DNA of 64,000 nucleotides from Octopus sinensis (GCF_006345805.1 NC_043002.1:108996001-109060000); one strand, 5' to 3'. Positions 37,080 to 54,721 are shown, counted from the first letter of the stretch. The notes: generated by a model not told the origin, from the sequence alone. Numbers and translations are program-made.

Positions 37080-38609
37080 TATCTGTTTTCCGTGCTGGTA
37101 TGAGTTGGATAGTTTGACAGAATCCAGTGAGCCGTGGGGCTGCATTGGACTCTAGTGTCAGCTCTGGCTTTGTGGATGCTTTTCCTAAAACTATTCTGAG
37201 TTCAAGACCAATTTTGAACTCTTGAGAGTATTAGGAAAACCAACTTTGCCCTTCGTCCTTCCAGGGTTGATAAAATAAATACTAATCAAAAAATGGGGTC
37301 CCCCCAATTATCATTAATTGTCAGAATCATTAGAGCACCTGACAAAATGTGATGTGTAGTTTAGTAATGGTCCTTTACAATCCTTTGTTTAAATCCTGCC
37401 AAAGTCATTTTTAGCCTTTGTGGCGTCAATAAAATAAAGAATCAATCAAGTGCTAGAGTCAGTTTAATCAACAACCTACCATTCAAATTTCAAAGACTGT
37501 GTCTGTGTTGGAAACATTATTAATTTCAAATTTTGGCACAAGGCCAGCAATTTCATTAAAAGGAATAAGTTGATTGCATCATCCCCAGTGTTCATCGACC
37601 TCAAAAGGATGAAAGGCAAAGTTAACCTCAGCGGAATTTGAACTCAGAACATAAAGACAGATGAAATGCCACGAAGCACTTTGCTCAGTGTGCTAACAAT
37701 TCTGCCAGCTTGCACCTTCCCATTACAAGATATTGGGTTCTACGTAAAATTGTCAAGTAATATATTCTTGTGCCAGTGGCACATAAAAAGCACCATCCAA
37801 ACGTGGCTGATGCTAGTACCCCCTGACTGGCTCCTATGCTGGTGGCACGTAAAAAGCACCATCAGAACGTGGTCAATACCAGGCCCACCTGACTGGCTGG
37901 TGGCACGTAAAAAGCACCATCCAAATGCGGCCAATGCCAGTACCCACTGACTGGCTCCTGTGCCAGTGGTATATAAAAAGCACCCACTACACTCTCAGAG
38001 TGGTTGGTATTAGGAAAGGCATCCAGCTGTAGAAACACTGCTAGATCAGATTGGTACCTGCTAATCCTCAGTCAAACCATCCAACCCATGCCAGCATGGA
38101 AAACGGATGTTAAACGATGATGATGATAATGAAGGGTGTTTGATGAAATGAGATGCCGGATTGATCTAAATGCATGGGTCAACCAATGTGAGTGTTGTGC
38201 TTGTGTGTCTGATGTAAACAGTTTCATAAAAATAAAAATCTAGTCAACATGAAACAAAACATACTTCAGACAAACAACGTAATCTGAAAATCCCAGTGTA
38301 AACATTAACAGCTCAGTAGCTATGTATATCTTCGTCATCGTGTAATGTTCACTTTTCCATGCTTCATAGATCAAAGGGAATTTACTGTGGCAGGTTTTCT
38401 ATGGACAGACATACTTTTTTCACAGGACATTTCGAATTGAATGACATTGCTTGTATGACAGTGGCAATCAGTTTACAACTATCACATGATGTCAAGCCAA
38501 GGACACACAAACAATACTCACGCTTTCACACACACACACTCTCACACACACACACTCTCATACACACACACTCCCATACATACACACACTCTCACACTCA
38601 TACACACAC

Positions 38610-39788
38610 ATCATCATCATCATCATCATCGTTTAACGTCCGCTTTCCATGCTAGCATGGGTTGGACGGTTCAACTGGGGTCTGGGGAGCCCGAAGGCTG
38701 CACCAGGCCAGTCAGATCTGGCAGTGTTTCTACAGCTGGATGCCCTTCCTAACGCCAACCACTCCGAGAGTGTAGTGGGTGATTTTATGTGCCACCAACA
38801 CAGGTGCCAGACGAGGCTGGCAGACGGCCACGCTCGGATGGTGTTTTTTATGTGCCACCGACACAGGTGCCAGACAAGGCTGGCGAACGGCCACGCTTGG
38901 ATGGTGTTTTTTTATGTGCCACCAACACAGGTGCCAGATGAGGCTGGCGAACGGCCACGATCGGATGGTGTTTGTTACGTGCCCACAGCACGGAGGCCAG
39001 TCGATGCGGTACTGGCTACGGCCACGTTCGGATGGTTTTCTTATGTGCCACCGGCACTGGTACCACAAAGATACAAATTCCATTGATGTTCATCTATTTT
39101 GATTTGGTTTGATTTGATTTTCACTTGCCTCAACAGGTCTTCACAAGTGTCACAAGAAGGAAGGTATGCACAGGTGGACTGACTACGTCCCAGGTAGGGG
39201 CCATGGGTTATGGCCTCACTAGTCTTGCCGGGTCTTCTCACGCACAGCATACTTCCATAGGTCTCGGTCTCTAGTCATTTCCTTGGTGAGACCTAAAGTT
39301 CGAAGGCCGTGCTTCACCACCTCGTCCCAGATTTTCCTGGGTCTACCTCTTCCACAGGTTCCCTCAACTGCTAGGGTGTAGCACTTTTGCACACAACTAT
39401 CTTCAGCCATTCTCGTCACATGACCATACCAGCGCAGCCATCTCTCTTGCACACCACAACTGATGCTTCTTAGGTTCAACTTTTCTCTCAAGGTACTTAC
39501 ACTCTGTCGATTATGAACACTGACATTACACATCCATCGGAGCATACTGGCTTCATTTCTTGCGAGCTTACGCATATCCTCAGCAGTCACGGCCCATGTT
39601 TCACTACCATGTAGCGTGGCTGTACATACACATGCATCATACAGTCTGCCTTTTACTTTGAGCGAGAGGCCTTTTGTCACCAGCAGGGGTAAGAGCTCTC
39701 TAAACTTTGCCCAGGCTATTCTTACTCTAGCCGTTACACTTTCAGCACACCCACACACATGCACAACTGGCTCTTTTTCAGTTTCCAT
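38610..39788 (-). mobile_element. 5'-truncated RTE-clade LINE: ORF2 C-terminus plus 3' UTR with (GAT)n tail
   Basis: ORF 39219-39788 (AWAKFRELL..KGRLYDACV..HGSETW..LRWYGHV.RM..GRGRPRK.W..DRDLWK) continues into the abundant repeat block. Confidence 0.88.
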
Positions 39789-40020
39789 CTACCAAATTCA
39801 TTCATGAGATTTTGGTCAATTCAAGGTCTATCATAGAAGACATTGGCTCAAGTTGCCATTCAGTGGGACTGAATCCAAAACCTTGTGGTTGGAAAGTAAA
39901 TTTCTTAACCAGGTGGCCATGTGTGTGTGTGAAGGCATAGTGGATAGGGTGTTGCATTCATCATCATAAAATTACGGTTCTAATTGCCAGTCATGCACAG
40001 TGGCATTGAAAGCAAGATTT

Positions 40021-40907
40021 CTATGCCGGAGCATTGTCCAAATGAAACAAGACCCTTTTCAGTAGTTTTTCTGGGCATTTGGGCTTGATAGTCTTTCGTA
40101 ACTGTCTCACCAAGTTCGCCTGGTACTCTCCATTGATGGTATGACCCTTCTGGAGATAGTCAATAAACACAATGCCTTTTGCATCCCCAAAAACTGAGGC
40201 CATCAACTTCCCTGCAGATGAAATGATCTTGGCCTTCTTTGGAGCCGATGAGGAAGGGTGTTTCCACTGCATGGATTGTTTCTTTGTCTCTGGAAAACAT
40301 TCCAAGGAAACCAGCATCAGCTTGGTCTGCCCCTAACAATGTCCGATTTTCCCATGATGTGATCAACCTGGTGTGCTTTTAACCAGGTGTCAGAAGCAGA
40401 AACTTTCATCATGTTGAGGTCATAGTGCAGAATATCCTCAATGCTCTCTCAGGGTATGCTAATAGCATTGACTATTTGATTTGTAGTTAATCACCTGTCA
40501 TCTATCACAATGTGGTGATTACAATCAATGTTGTTCTCGTTGCTGGCAGGTGTAGGACATCCAAATGTTGGGGCATTTCCCCACCCCTAAATTCAGCTGC
40601 CCACTTTTGCAATGTTGATAGAACTGAAGCATCATCCCCTAATGTAACAACTATGTCATTGGGGGGGGGGGACTAAACCCTTTTTTTTTGTAGGTACCAG
40701 ATAACACCATGATACTAAATTTTGTCCATTTTTAAGAGAAGTCACTAGTGGTTACTTTTGAAGTCTTTGAACAGATAGATGTTAATTTACCTGGAACAAA
40801 ACAAGGCAGGTGTTAATAAGAAGACCTGAAATTAATCCATGCAAGATTTCACAGCTCTAGCATCACTCCTTCATAGTCAACCTATGAAGTTTTCAGCCCA
40901 CCTCATA
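40021..40907 (-). mobile_element. Mariner-type transposon relic
   Basis: ORF 40021-40317 QWKHPSS..KK..SAGKLMASVFGDAKG..FIDYLQKG.TING...VLFHLDNAP; TIR-like TA-TGAGGTGGGCTGAAAACTT at ~40887-40907. Confidence 0.85.
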
Positions 40908-41243
40908 GATTTATCATGAATGGTTTTTCTAGCCTTAATTAGCTTATCTCTCTATATTCTGGGAATATTCTACTCTGGACTGCTTAATCTAATATGTCTT
41001 TTTTTTTTCTTTGTTGTTTTTAGAAATATAGCTTGTAATTTGCTTATCTCCCCTGTTTGAAAACTTAAGGACACAGAATGCCTGTATCATACAGACAAAT
41101 AGAAACCGTGTTTCTCGGGGCTAAATAACAGTAACATTCTTCCCTTTCCTGAGGCTGCCCCATTAAGTTGGCAACAAGCCATCACTTTATCATACTGTTA
41201 CTGCATTACTCTCTCTGAGAGATTTAGAAATGTAATATTTCTA

Positions 41244-41274
<31 letters not shown>

Positions 41275-41335
41275 AAAGTTATTGTTAATAAAGGTCAGGG
41301 TGTGTTGCATTCCATTATTTAACAAATGAGAAAAT

Positions 41336-41600
41336 TGCATTGTGAATACACAAACAACAAATAAAAAACTTATAAAGTAAATTGAGGGCACAACTGGATG
41401 GAAGACAGACACAGAAGGTCCCTAATTCATCATCAGTTATCAACCAGGTGGTATGACTCAGTTTTGCACCATTAATGAGTAATAACATCTGGTTGATAAC
41501 TGGTGAAGAATTAGGGACCTTCTCTGTCTGTCTTCTGTCCATTTGTGCACTCAATTTACGTCACACATTTTCTATTTGTCATTTGTGTATTTACATTACA
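41336..41600. repeat. Imperfect long inverted repeat (hairpin)
   Basis: 41377-41447 vs 41489-41559: 71-bp arms with 7 mismatches; shorter outer arms. Confidence 0.85.
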
Positions 41601-41606
41601 ATTTTC

Positions 41607-41640
<34 letters not shown>

Positions 41641-41643
<3 letters not shown>

Positions 41644-42018
41644 CGCAGGAGTGGCTGTGTGGTAAGTAGCTTGCTAACCAACCACATGGTTCCGGGTTCA
41701 GTCCCACTGCGTGGCATCTTGGGCAAGTGTCTTCTGCTATAGCCCCGGGCCGACCAATGTCTTGTGGGTGGATTTGGTAGATGGAAACTGAAAGAAGCCT
41801 GTCATATATATGTATGTGTGTGTATGTGTTTGTCCCCCTAGCATTGCTTGACAACCGATGCTAGTGTGTTTGCGTCCCTGTCACTTAGCGGTTCGGCAGG
41901 GGAGACCGATAGAATAAGTACTGGGCTTACAGGGAATGAGTTCCGGGGTCAACTTGCTCGACTGGGGGCGGTGCTCCAGCATGGCTGCAGTCAAGTGACT
42001 GAAACATGTAAAAAAGAG
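41641..42018 (+). mobile_element. Family B SINE, full length
   Basis: AGGCGCAGGAGTGGCTGTGTGGTAAG head and standard tail. Confidence 0.88.
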
Positions 42019-42049
<31 letters not shown>

Positions 42050-43256
42050 TTACACATGAACATACATGTATATTATGTGTGTGTGGGTGTGTGTGTGGGT
42101 GTGTGCATGTCCACCCTTGTCTTGACATCCCACATTAGTTATAAATGAATTGTTATCATGCAAACAAGTGGTGTCATTCATTTCTGATCTTCTGTGGAAA
42201 TATATTTTGCCATAGGGAAAAAATACCTTGCGTAGAAACATGAGGGTTGGCAACAGGAAAAGCATCTGGAAAAGTGTACATTACAGCAATGATGATGATG
42301 ATAATTATTATTATTATTATTGTTTCTTTTTTTTTAAGACATTAAACTGTGACATGGCTGCCTTTTCTAGCAGGTCAAGCAGACACCTAGAGATTTCCAC
42401 AATGATTTTTTCAATGACCATGTGAATTCTTGTTAGCTGATACTTCTACTAAGTTGTATAGTACATTTTTTTTTTTTTTTTTTTTTTTACTTCATCCACC
42501 AATCCGATCATGGCCGTTGTCAGCCTCGCCTGGCACCTGTGCCGGTGGCACGTAAAAAGCACCCACTACACTCACGGAGTGGTTGGCGTTAGGAAGGGCA
42601 TCCAGCTGTAGAAACACTGCCAGATCAGACTGGAGCCTGGTGCAGCCTTTCTGGCTTCCCAGATCCCCGGTCGAACCGTCCAACCCATGCTAGCATGGAA
42701 AGCGTACGTTAAACGATGTTGATGATGATGATATTTCTGGCTTCCAATAATCTCCATCTACCATTTCACTTATAAGACATCGGTTCAGCATGTGGCATTA
42801 CTACCAGGGAACCCCTGCCTTCATTGCCAGACAGTGGAAATGAATCTCAAGTCATGTTGTCATGACACAAACTTCTGAACCACACAACCAGGAAAACCTA
42901 ATTAAAAATAATGAAGCATTAGAAGATGAGTAATCAGTAAGGTTGTGACAAACACAGCATGCGAGATTTACAGATTTCACAGTGGCTTCATCGAAGACAT
43001 TTGGATATTTATGAAAAATGTGGAATTGATAAGCTGATGGTCGTTTAAGATTGAGTTTCTTATCAAGGTCTCTTCTTTTGTTAGACAAAAGATATCTAGG
43101 AATTCATTATAGAATGTGTCAGCAGAGTAGCATTTGAGGGAGGTTTGGCTGCTATTTCTCATCACTCAAATGACTGCTAAGCAGGTCCATCATTAGCTTT
43201 CTCTCTCTATAGATGTGTATATGTCTATACCCATCTATATAAATGCATGTATTTAT

Positions 43257-43633
43257 AGGCGCAGGAGTGGCTGTGTGGTAAGTAGCTTGCTAACCAACCA
43301 CATGGTTCCGGTTCAGTCCCACTGCGTGGCATCTTGGGCAAGTGTCTTCTGCTATAGCCCCGGGCCGACCAATGCCTTGTGAGTGGATTTGGTAGACGGA
43401 AACTGAAAGAAGCCTGTCGTATATATGTATGTGTGTTTGTTTGTGTTTGTCCCCCTAGCATTGCTTGACAACCGATGCTGGTGTGTTTACGTCCCCGTAA
43501 CTTAGCGGTTCGGCGTGGGAGACCGATAGAATAAGTACTGGGCTTACAAAGAATAAGTCCCGGGGTCGATTTGCTCGACTAAAGGCGGTGCTCCAGCATG
43601 GCCGCAGTCAAATGACTGAAACAAGTAAAAGAG
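43257..43633 (+). mobile_element. Family B SINE, full length
   Basis: Consensus-like copy. Confidence 0.9.
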
Positions 43634-44619
43634 TATATATATGTGAACTTGAGGTTAGTTAGAATATGTCTGTGACATATTTCAACTTCTAAATGCAAAT
43701 TCATTGCAGCTACCATGGAGGAAACATTCTCTCTTACAGTAAAAAGGTGTAAAAGCACAACATCTGTACAGTGCTGCTCCCTATCAGATTCCTAGACACT
43801 GCATAAAGCTAGTAATGCAGACACATTTCCAAGCAAACACATTTCTCTCCTACAACATCACGATTCTCTCTCACACACTGTCTTGCAACACAAAATACCT
43901 CAAGTCATTGGTCCTCACAGCGCAAAACATCATCATCATCGTTTAACGTCTGTTTTCTGCGCTAGCATGGGTTGGACGGTTCGACCGGGGTCTGGGAAGC
44001 CAGGGGCTGCACCAGGCTCCAGTCTGATCTGGCAGTGTTTCTACAGCTGGATGCCCTTTCTAACACCAACCACTCCGCGAGTGTAGTGGGTGTTTTTTAC
44101 GTGCCACCGGCACAGGTGCCAGGGGAGTCTGGCATTGGCCACGATCGGTTGGTGCTTTTAAAGGCGGTGCTGGCATCGGCCACGTTCGGATGGTGCTTTT
44201 TATGTGCCACCGGCACAGAAGCCAGTCGAGGCAGCGCTGGCATCGGCCACGTTCGGATGGTGCTATTTATGTGCCACCGGCACAGAAGCCAGTCGAGGCG
44301 GCACTGGCATCGGCCACGTTCGGATGGTGCTTTTTATGGTGCCACATTGGCAATTTTTTTCTTATCTGCTTCATAGCTTCCCTTCTGGCAGTCTAATAGA
44401 ATTCCCTGCTACCACTGTTCTTCCAGTCCTTCCAAGCCTGTTCTTTTCTCTAATAGCCCTATCAACAACATTGTTCCACTACCATGTTATTTTGGGTCGA
44501 GAGGGGACTTTGCACCATCCACAGATCTGGTCAGTGGCCCTCAGCAGGTTGTCCTGTAGAAACCTCTAGTTGTCTTCCACATCGTGTGAACATCACAGTG
44601 TAGAGGATTTAAGCATATC

Positions 44620-45560
44620 ATCATCATCATAATTTAACATCTATTCTCCATACTGGCATGAGTTGGACAGTTTGACTGGAGCTGGTAAGGCCAAGGGCTA
44701 CACTAGATTCATTGTCTGTTCTGGCTTGGTTTCTATGGCTGGATGCCCTTCCTACACCAAAGAGTGTACTGGGTGCTTTTTATGTGGCACCAGCACCAGT
44801 ATCAGTTCTGCTGTGGCGGATGGGTCTTCTTGAGTACAGCAAGGCACCAGATATTTTGGTCCTTTGTCATTTCTTTCGTAAGACTCAATGTCTTGAGATC
44901 GACCTTCAGTAATTTGTTCTATGTCTTTCTAGGTCTCCTCTTCCATAAGTTCCATCCGCTTTAAGCACTCAGCTCTTCTGTATACAACTGTCTTCATCCA
45001 TCCACATCACATGACAAAACCAGTGCAGTCTTCTCTCTTGCACACTGCATCTAATTCCTCTTATGTCTAACTTTTCTCTTAAAAGACTATTGTTCTTTCA
45101 CACACGTACATTGACATTGCCATCTAGTGGAACATATTAGCTTCATTTCTCTCTGGCCTTCACATGTCTTCTACACGCATGGTCCATCTTCCTTTCACTC
45201 GGAGTGAGAGACCTTTGGTTGCCAACAGAGGTGAATACTCTGAATTTTCTCCATCTTATTCTAGCAGTTACACATTCTATGAACTCCCCCCACCCCCACT
45301 CACCTACCCACCAGTTAATTAGGTCCCCTTAGTGGCAGAAATTATCCACTCTCTAAAGAGTCTCCAGGGCATTTGAGAAAATCAATTTCCCGAGTATCGA
45401 TAGTTTTTATGGCTCCTGTGCATCTTCCACATACAAAACCTTCTCTGATAATCTTCCTATTGTTCTTCTACACCTCTTGTGTCCATAGCTTGCATTCTGT
45501 ACACCATTTGTAATTCCTGCCTACACCTTTTCGACATATTGAGCAGGGACATTTACCTGA
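44620..45560 (-). mobile_element. Degenerate RTE LINE 3' region (ORF2 fragments plus CAT-tailed UTR)
   Basis: ERRLHWFCHV..DEDSC and GKCPCSICRKGVGRN..CTECKLW fragments in the same orientation as the tail. Confidence 0.7.
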
Positions 45561-45699
45561 TAGAAGAAGAATACTTTCTGTTGAGTGTTGCCAAGGCCGC
45601 TGACTGGCTCCTGTGCAGGTGGCACGTAAAAAACACCATTTGAGCGTGACCGTCGCCAGTACCACCTGACTGGCCCTCGTGCCAGTGGCACCAACCACA

Positions 45700-45905
45700 C
45701 CTGAAAAAGAGGTAATTTCTACTCTTCTCCTCTGGAAGCCATCTACTCGCAATACAAGAGGGCGCACACTCTCCTACCCTGATGTAATCTCCAGGGGTAC
45801 AGGCATCCAGCAACAGGACCTCCGTAATGCCATGATGGACCGTGAAGTCTGGCGTAGCATGGTAAATTCCATTGTCTCGACCACAGTCGAACAATGATGA
45901 TGATG
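45700..45905 (+). mobile_element. 3' end of a second RTE/RTEX-like LINE family
   Basis: LLWKPSTRNTRGRTLSYPDVISRGTG..QDLRNAMMDREVWRSMV followed by (GAT)n. Confidence 0.65.
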
Positions 45906-46435
45906 CCAGTGGCACGTAAAAGCACCCAGGAAGCTGTAGAAACTTTGCCAGATCAGATTGGGCCTGGTGCAACCTCTGGCTTACCAGTCCTCAGTCAAAC
46001 TGTCCAACCCATGCCAGCATGGAAAGCGGGCGTTAAACGATGATGATGATCATCATCATCATCGTCGTCGTCGTTTAACTGGTCCCTCTGATGGGGAAAA
46101 GCATTCATGTCGAGTCCACGTAAAAGCCCCCCTGTGGTGCCACGTAAAAGCGCCTGTGTGGTGCCACGTAAGAAAACACCCAGCACACTGTAAAGTGACT
46201 GGCGTTAGGAAGAGCATCCAACCGTAGAAACCATGCCAATTCGGATTGGGGTTTATTGCAGCTCCCCAGCCCGACAGCTCTGGTCACACCGCCCAACCCA
46301 TGCCAGGATGGACGATGATGATGATGATATATAAAATCATACCGAATATCAACGTGTTTTATTTTTAATACTATATATGTGTTATTTCCACCTCCATCTT
46401 TATATATATATATTATATATATATATGAAGTTTTG

Positions 46436-46473
<38 letters not shown>

Positions 46474-46600
46474 ATACCTTTTAATATTAAAAGGTATAAT
46501 CTTTTCATAATACGTTTATTATGATTAATCTGATCGTAAAAACGTGCCTAGTTATCCGATGTCAACTTAACATTTAGCAAGTACACGTAGTCTATTCGTG

Positions 46601-50305
<3,705 letters not shown>

Positions 50306-51623
50306 GTGTGTGTGTGTGTGTGTGCGCGCGCGCGCGCGTGTGTATGATTGAGTCTGTGTGTCTTGAGTTGGTTGTTTATTCAGCCCTAGGTAAGCAACCT
50401 TCGAGCACATCTCTGATCAAAGATGGACCATACAATCGATTTATGCAGACATAATCCATCTTATCCTGTTGTTGTCTAACCAACACTCCTTCGTTTATAA
50501 TCATAGAATGTGATTTGATGAAGATTTGCTGTCGATTTCTAGCAAATCGAGCGACTGCCTCAGAGCTCCCTCGTTGCCACGTGTTTTTCGTTTGTTGTTG
50601 TTGTTAAACCCCGGGTCATCTCTGAATACAATGTACCCTTGAATGCATTGTCCAAGCACCCCTCTCCATTTTTTTTCTAGACTGCAAGGTGGAAGTTACA
50701 AGAAATTTGGCTACTATTTCTAGTAAAAGAAACCACCTCTTACAGGTTTTTTGGTTGGTTTGTTGTGTTTTAGTTGTTGTTTAGATCCGGGTCGGTAGCA
50801 TAGAGTTTGAGACAGATTTAGCTGTTATTTCTGATAAGCTGAGCCTGTTTTTTTTTTTTGGTAATTGGTATTTTTTATTTTTATATTTTACTGGTGGGTG
50901 GAGTGTGTGCATCCGGGATTTTTCTTTAAATATTGCGTGTGTGTGTGTGTGCTTGTTTATATTGTATGACATTATAGTGAGAGTAAATGTTTGTTATTTT
51001 TAACTCTATTTACATCTTGGGTTTTTAAGCAAGCTTGGAAAGATTTAGACTCATCTCTCTCACACACAGATTCACGAATTCACACACACACACACGTCCT
51101 GTAGCAGACTCTTATATATACACTCACTCACAAACTCATGTATACATACACCCACACACTCGCGGTCTTGTGTATACACATTTACGAGCTCAAGTCTTCT
51201 TACTACACGTTTACACATCCATGTATACTCACTCGCACCAAGGACTCATGCATACACGTATTGAAGGACACATGTATATATATATATATATATACACTCT
51301 GAAATACACTTGCATATTTATATAATGTATAAACGCACCTGCGCACTCTCACATTTATACGTACATAGATATACACTTATACTCACTTAAATAGTGTAAA
51401 AGTACTCAACACACAGACTTGAGTGAAAATACTCTCAACGTCAAATGATGTAGCTTGGAGTATTGTTTCTCATAAGGATGTGGCCTCTGAATATTGAAAA
51501 GGAAGCAGACAAATTGCTTGCTGTAGTATTTAATGAAGGTATATGGTTTTCTAAGTTGTCCAAACACCATGGAGAAGGAATAAGACTATTTATAGAAATA
51601 CAAACTCTTTTTACTCTTTTACT

Positions 51624-51823
51624 CTCTTTTACTTGTTTCAGTCATTTGACTGCGGCCATGCTGGAGCACCGCCTTTAATCGAGCAACTCGACCCCGGGAC
51701 TTATTCTTTTGTAAGCCCAGTACTTATTCTATCGGTCTCTTTTTGCCGAACCGCTAAGTAACGGGGACATAAACACACCAGCATCGGTTGTCAAGCAATG
51801 CTAGGGGGACAAACACACACACA

Positions 51824-51898
<75 letters not shown>

Positions 51899-52040
51899 CG
51901 ACGGGCTTCTTTCAGTTTCCGTCTACCAAATCCACTCACAAGGCTTTGGTCGGCCCGAGGCTATAGTAGAAGACACTTGCCCAAGGTGCCACGCAGTGGG
52001 ACTGAACCCGGAACCATGTGGTTGGTAAACAAGCTACTTA
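51624..52040 (-). mobile_element. Family B SINE with expanded internal (TA)n
   Basis: Reverse complement of 43257-43633; similar copies at 52761-53136 and 57421-57867. Confidence 0.88.
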
Positions 52041-52533
52041 CCACACAGCCACTCCTGCGCCTGTTAATAACTGTTAATAATATACAGGGAAAGGGGGGAG
52101 ATTGGCGAATAGGGAGATATGTATTAGAATGAGAAGAACTGGTCTGGGGTACATTAAGGCGAAAATATGTCAGGATGGTCACGTTGATCAGGGTTGACCT
52201 GGGCTAAACAGTTAAAATATCACACACTTCTTAATAAAGTTTTGTGTTCATTTACGACCCATCATCATCATCATCTCTCTTTAAAGTTTGCTCTCTTAAT
52301 TTGCATTATATGTGAATGCAGATATAGGTTTGTCATGAGTGTAATATATTTATATATATTCCTTGTATTCTCATCCAAGATGGAGATGAGTACCAACGTA
52401 GCAATGTGACGGGCTTGATAATTGCTAAGAAAATATATTGCATGAAACCAGTGGTAGCCTTAACAACCCATAAAGAAAGAATATTTATCCCCCAGTGCGT
52501 TGTTCAGCACTCGTTTACGCTATTCGATATTAG

Positions 52534-52575
<42 letters not shown>

Positions 52576-53207
52576 GACCTAGAAAGTGAGTAATCAATAC
52601 CGCTTTGTTGTTGTTGTTATTGTTGTTTACGTGAGTAAATGCATGTAAATATATTATGGTAGGATGTTTGCTACTTTTCCTCACTTTGGCTAAAAGAACA
52701 TTCTACAGATGAAATATTTTCTTTAGCAGGAAACTTAAATCCCAAATTAGCCTTAATTACTCTTTTACTTGTTTCAGTCATTTGACTGCGGCCATGCTGG
52801 AGCAACGTCTTTAGTCGAGCAAATCGATCCCAGGACTTATTCTTTGTAAGCCTAGTACTTATTCTATCGGGTACTTTTGTCGAACCGCTAAGTTACGAGG
52901 ATGTAAACACACCTGCATCGGTTGTCAAGCGATGTTGGAGGGACAGACACACACATACATATATATACATATATACGATAGGCTTCTTTCAGTTTCCGTC
53001 TACCAAATCCACTCACAAAGCTTTGGTCGGCCCGGAGCTATAGTAGAAGACACTTGCCCAAGGTGCCACGCAGTGGGACTGAACCCAGAACCATGTGGTT
53101 GGTAAGCAAGCTACTTACCTCACAGCCACTCCTGCGATGTGATTTATATAAATACATTGTGTGTGTGTGTATATATATAATATATATAGATATATATATA
53201 TATATAT

Positions 53208-53254
<47 letters not shown>

Positions 53255-53652
53255 ACCGGAGTAAACATAAATGTGAAACAAGGTGGAAAAAAGAGTACTC
53301 AAATACCAGAGGTAGAATAATATGCTTTATTTGAAAGCAGCAGAAATTTAACAAAAGCGGTTTAACAGCTTTTGATAAATTTTTACTGCTTTTAAATAAA
53401 GTGTGTGTATATATATATAATATTATTATTATCATCATGTTTGAAAACGGAGATCTAACGGATACACACTCACACAGAAGTATATCTATAGGTTTCTCTG
53501 CTTTCATACTTAACAATATTTGATATTTTACGATATTTTGTGTAATATATTCATTGAAGAAATATCTCTTGAAAATACAATATTTTGAACCAGTGTATCT
53601 TTGATAAAAAAATATCCCTATAAGAGGTCTATATTATGACTATATATATATA

Positions 53653-53783
53653 CAGGGTGTCCCCAAAAAATGTATACACATAGTGGTTCGGCAAAAGAGA
53701 ACGATAGAATAAGTACTAGGCTTACAAAGAATAACAAATTTACAATTATTTAAGGTGTGTATACATTTTTTGGGGACACCCTG
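53653..53783. mobile_element. Tc1/mariner-type MITE (27-bp TIRs, TA flanks) containing a SINE fragment
   Basis: CAGGGTGTCCCCAAAAAATGTATACAC at 53653-53679 and its exact inverse at 53757-53783. Confidence 0.9.
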
Positions 53784-53821
53784 TATATATAAATAATATA
53801 ATATATATATAATATAATATA

Positions 53822-53852
<31 letters not shown>

Positions 53853-54721
53853 ATATTATATATATATAATATATATATATAATATATATATATATATACA
53901 CGATTTACAAAAACGCATGTTATTTTAACTGTTTTGTCAGTAGTGTGTATATACAGACACGATTTGCAAAAACAAGTTATTTCAACTTAATAAGTGTAGT
54001 AAGCTGTTTTTTAACACAGTTCGTGGGTGTATATACAAAAATACAAAATTTATTTCAAGTCCAACTGACTCCCCCTTTTTGCACTCTACCTCTCTAAATA
54101 AGTAGCATCTCTCCCTCTCTCTCTCCCTATATATATATAATAGGGATAGTAAACCTATATTTATTTCTAGTGACCTAACTGTTTATTGTTTTCCTCCGGT
54201 TATTATTGTATTTATAATCCAGTCAGTAGCTGTTGTGGCAAGCTGCAGACTTTGGAGCCTAAAAATATCATCAGCCCTTAAAAAGCCAAAGTGGAAGCTT
54301 TTTGTCGTACAAAAGTCACTCGAGTAAACTACTACGAAACATTTTTTTTTTGGGCTTTCGGTAAAAAAAAAATATGATAAAACTTCTTAACTATTGAGAA
54401 TATCTTAATTAAACATTTGAGATTGTATGTATATAGGGCATGTGTTTAACCTTGCAAAAGTTGTTTGTACTGATACATGCTAGCACCACGTGGGAGCTAA
54501 TACTGTCCCCTTTCCATGAGCTTACCATGTGAGGAGGAGAGGGAGAGGTACAGGGAATGAGTAGTATTAATAGAAGTATTAATACAAATAATGTTAAAGT
54601 ACCTAATAACGGAAAGCGTATGAAAATGTTAGGCCGAGGCTTTGCTACCTCCCTTAATACTGCTTTTACACGTACATAAACGTGTGTTTAGATGGATGAA
54701 TAGTGTTAGTTTTATTAAAGA

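Noticed and set aside
41024-41038. Strong acceptor downstream of the DNAAF2 exon
   Set aside because: Phase-0 reading gives KYSL* only; no support for a real terminal exon
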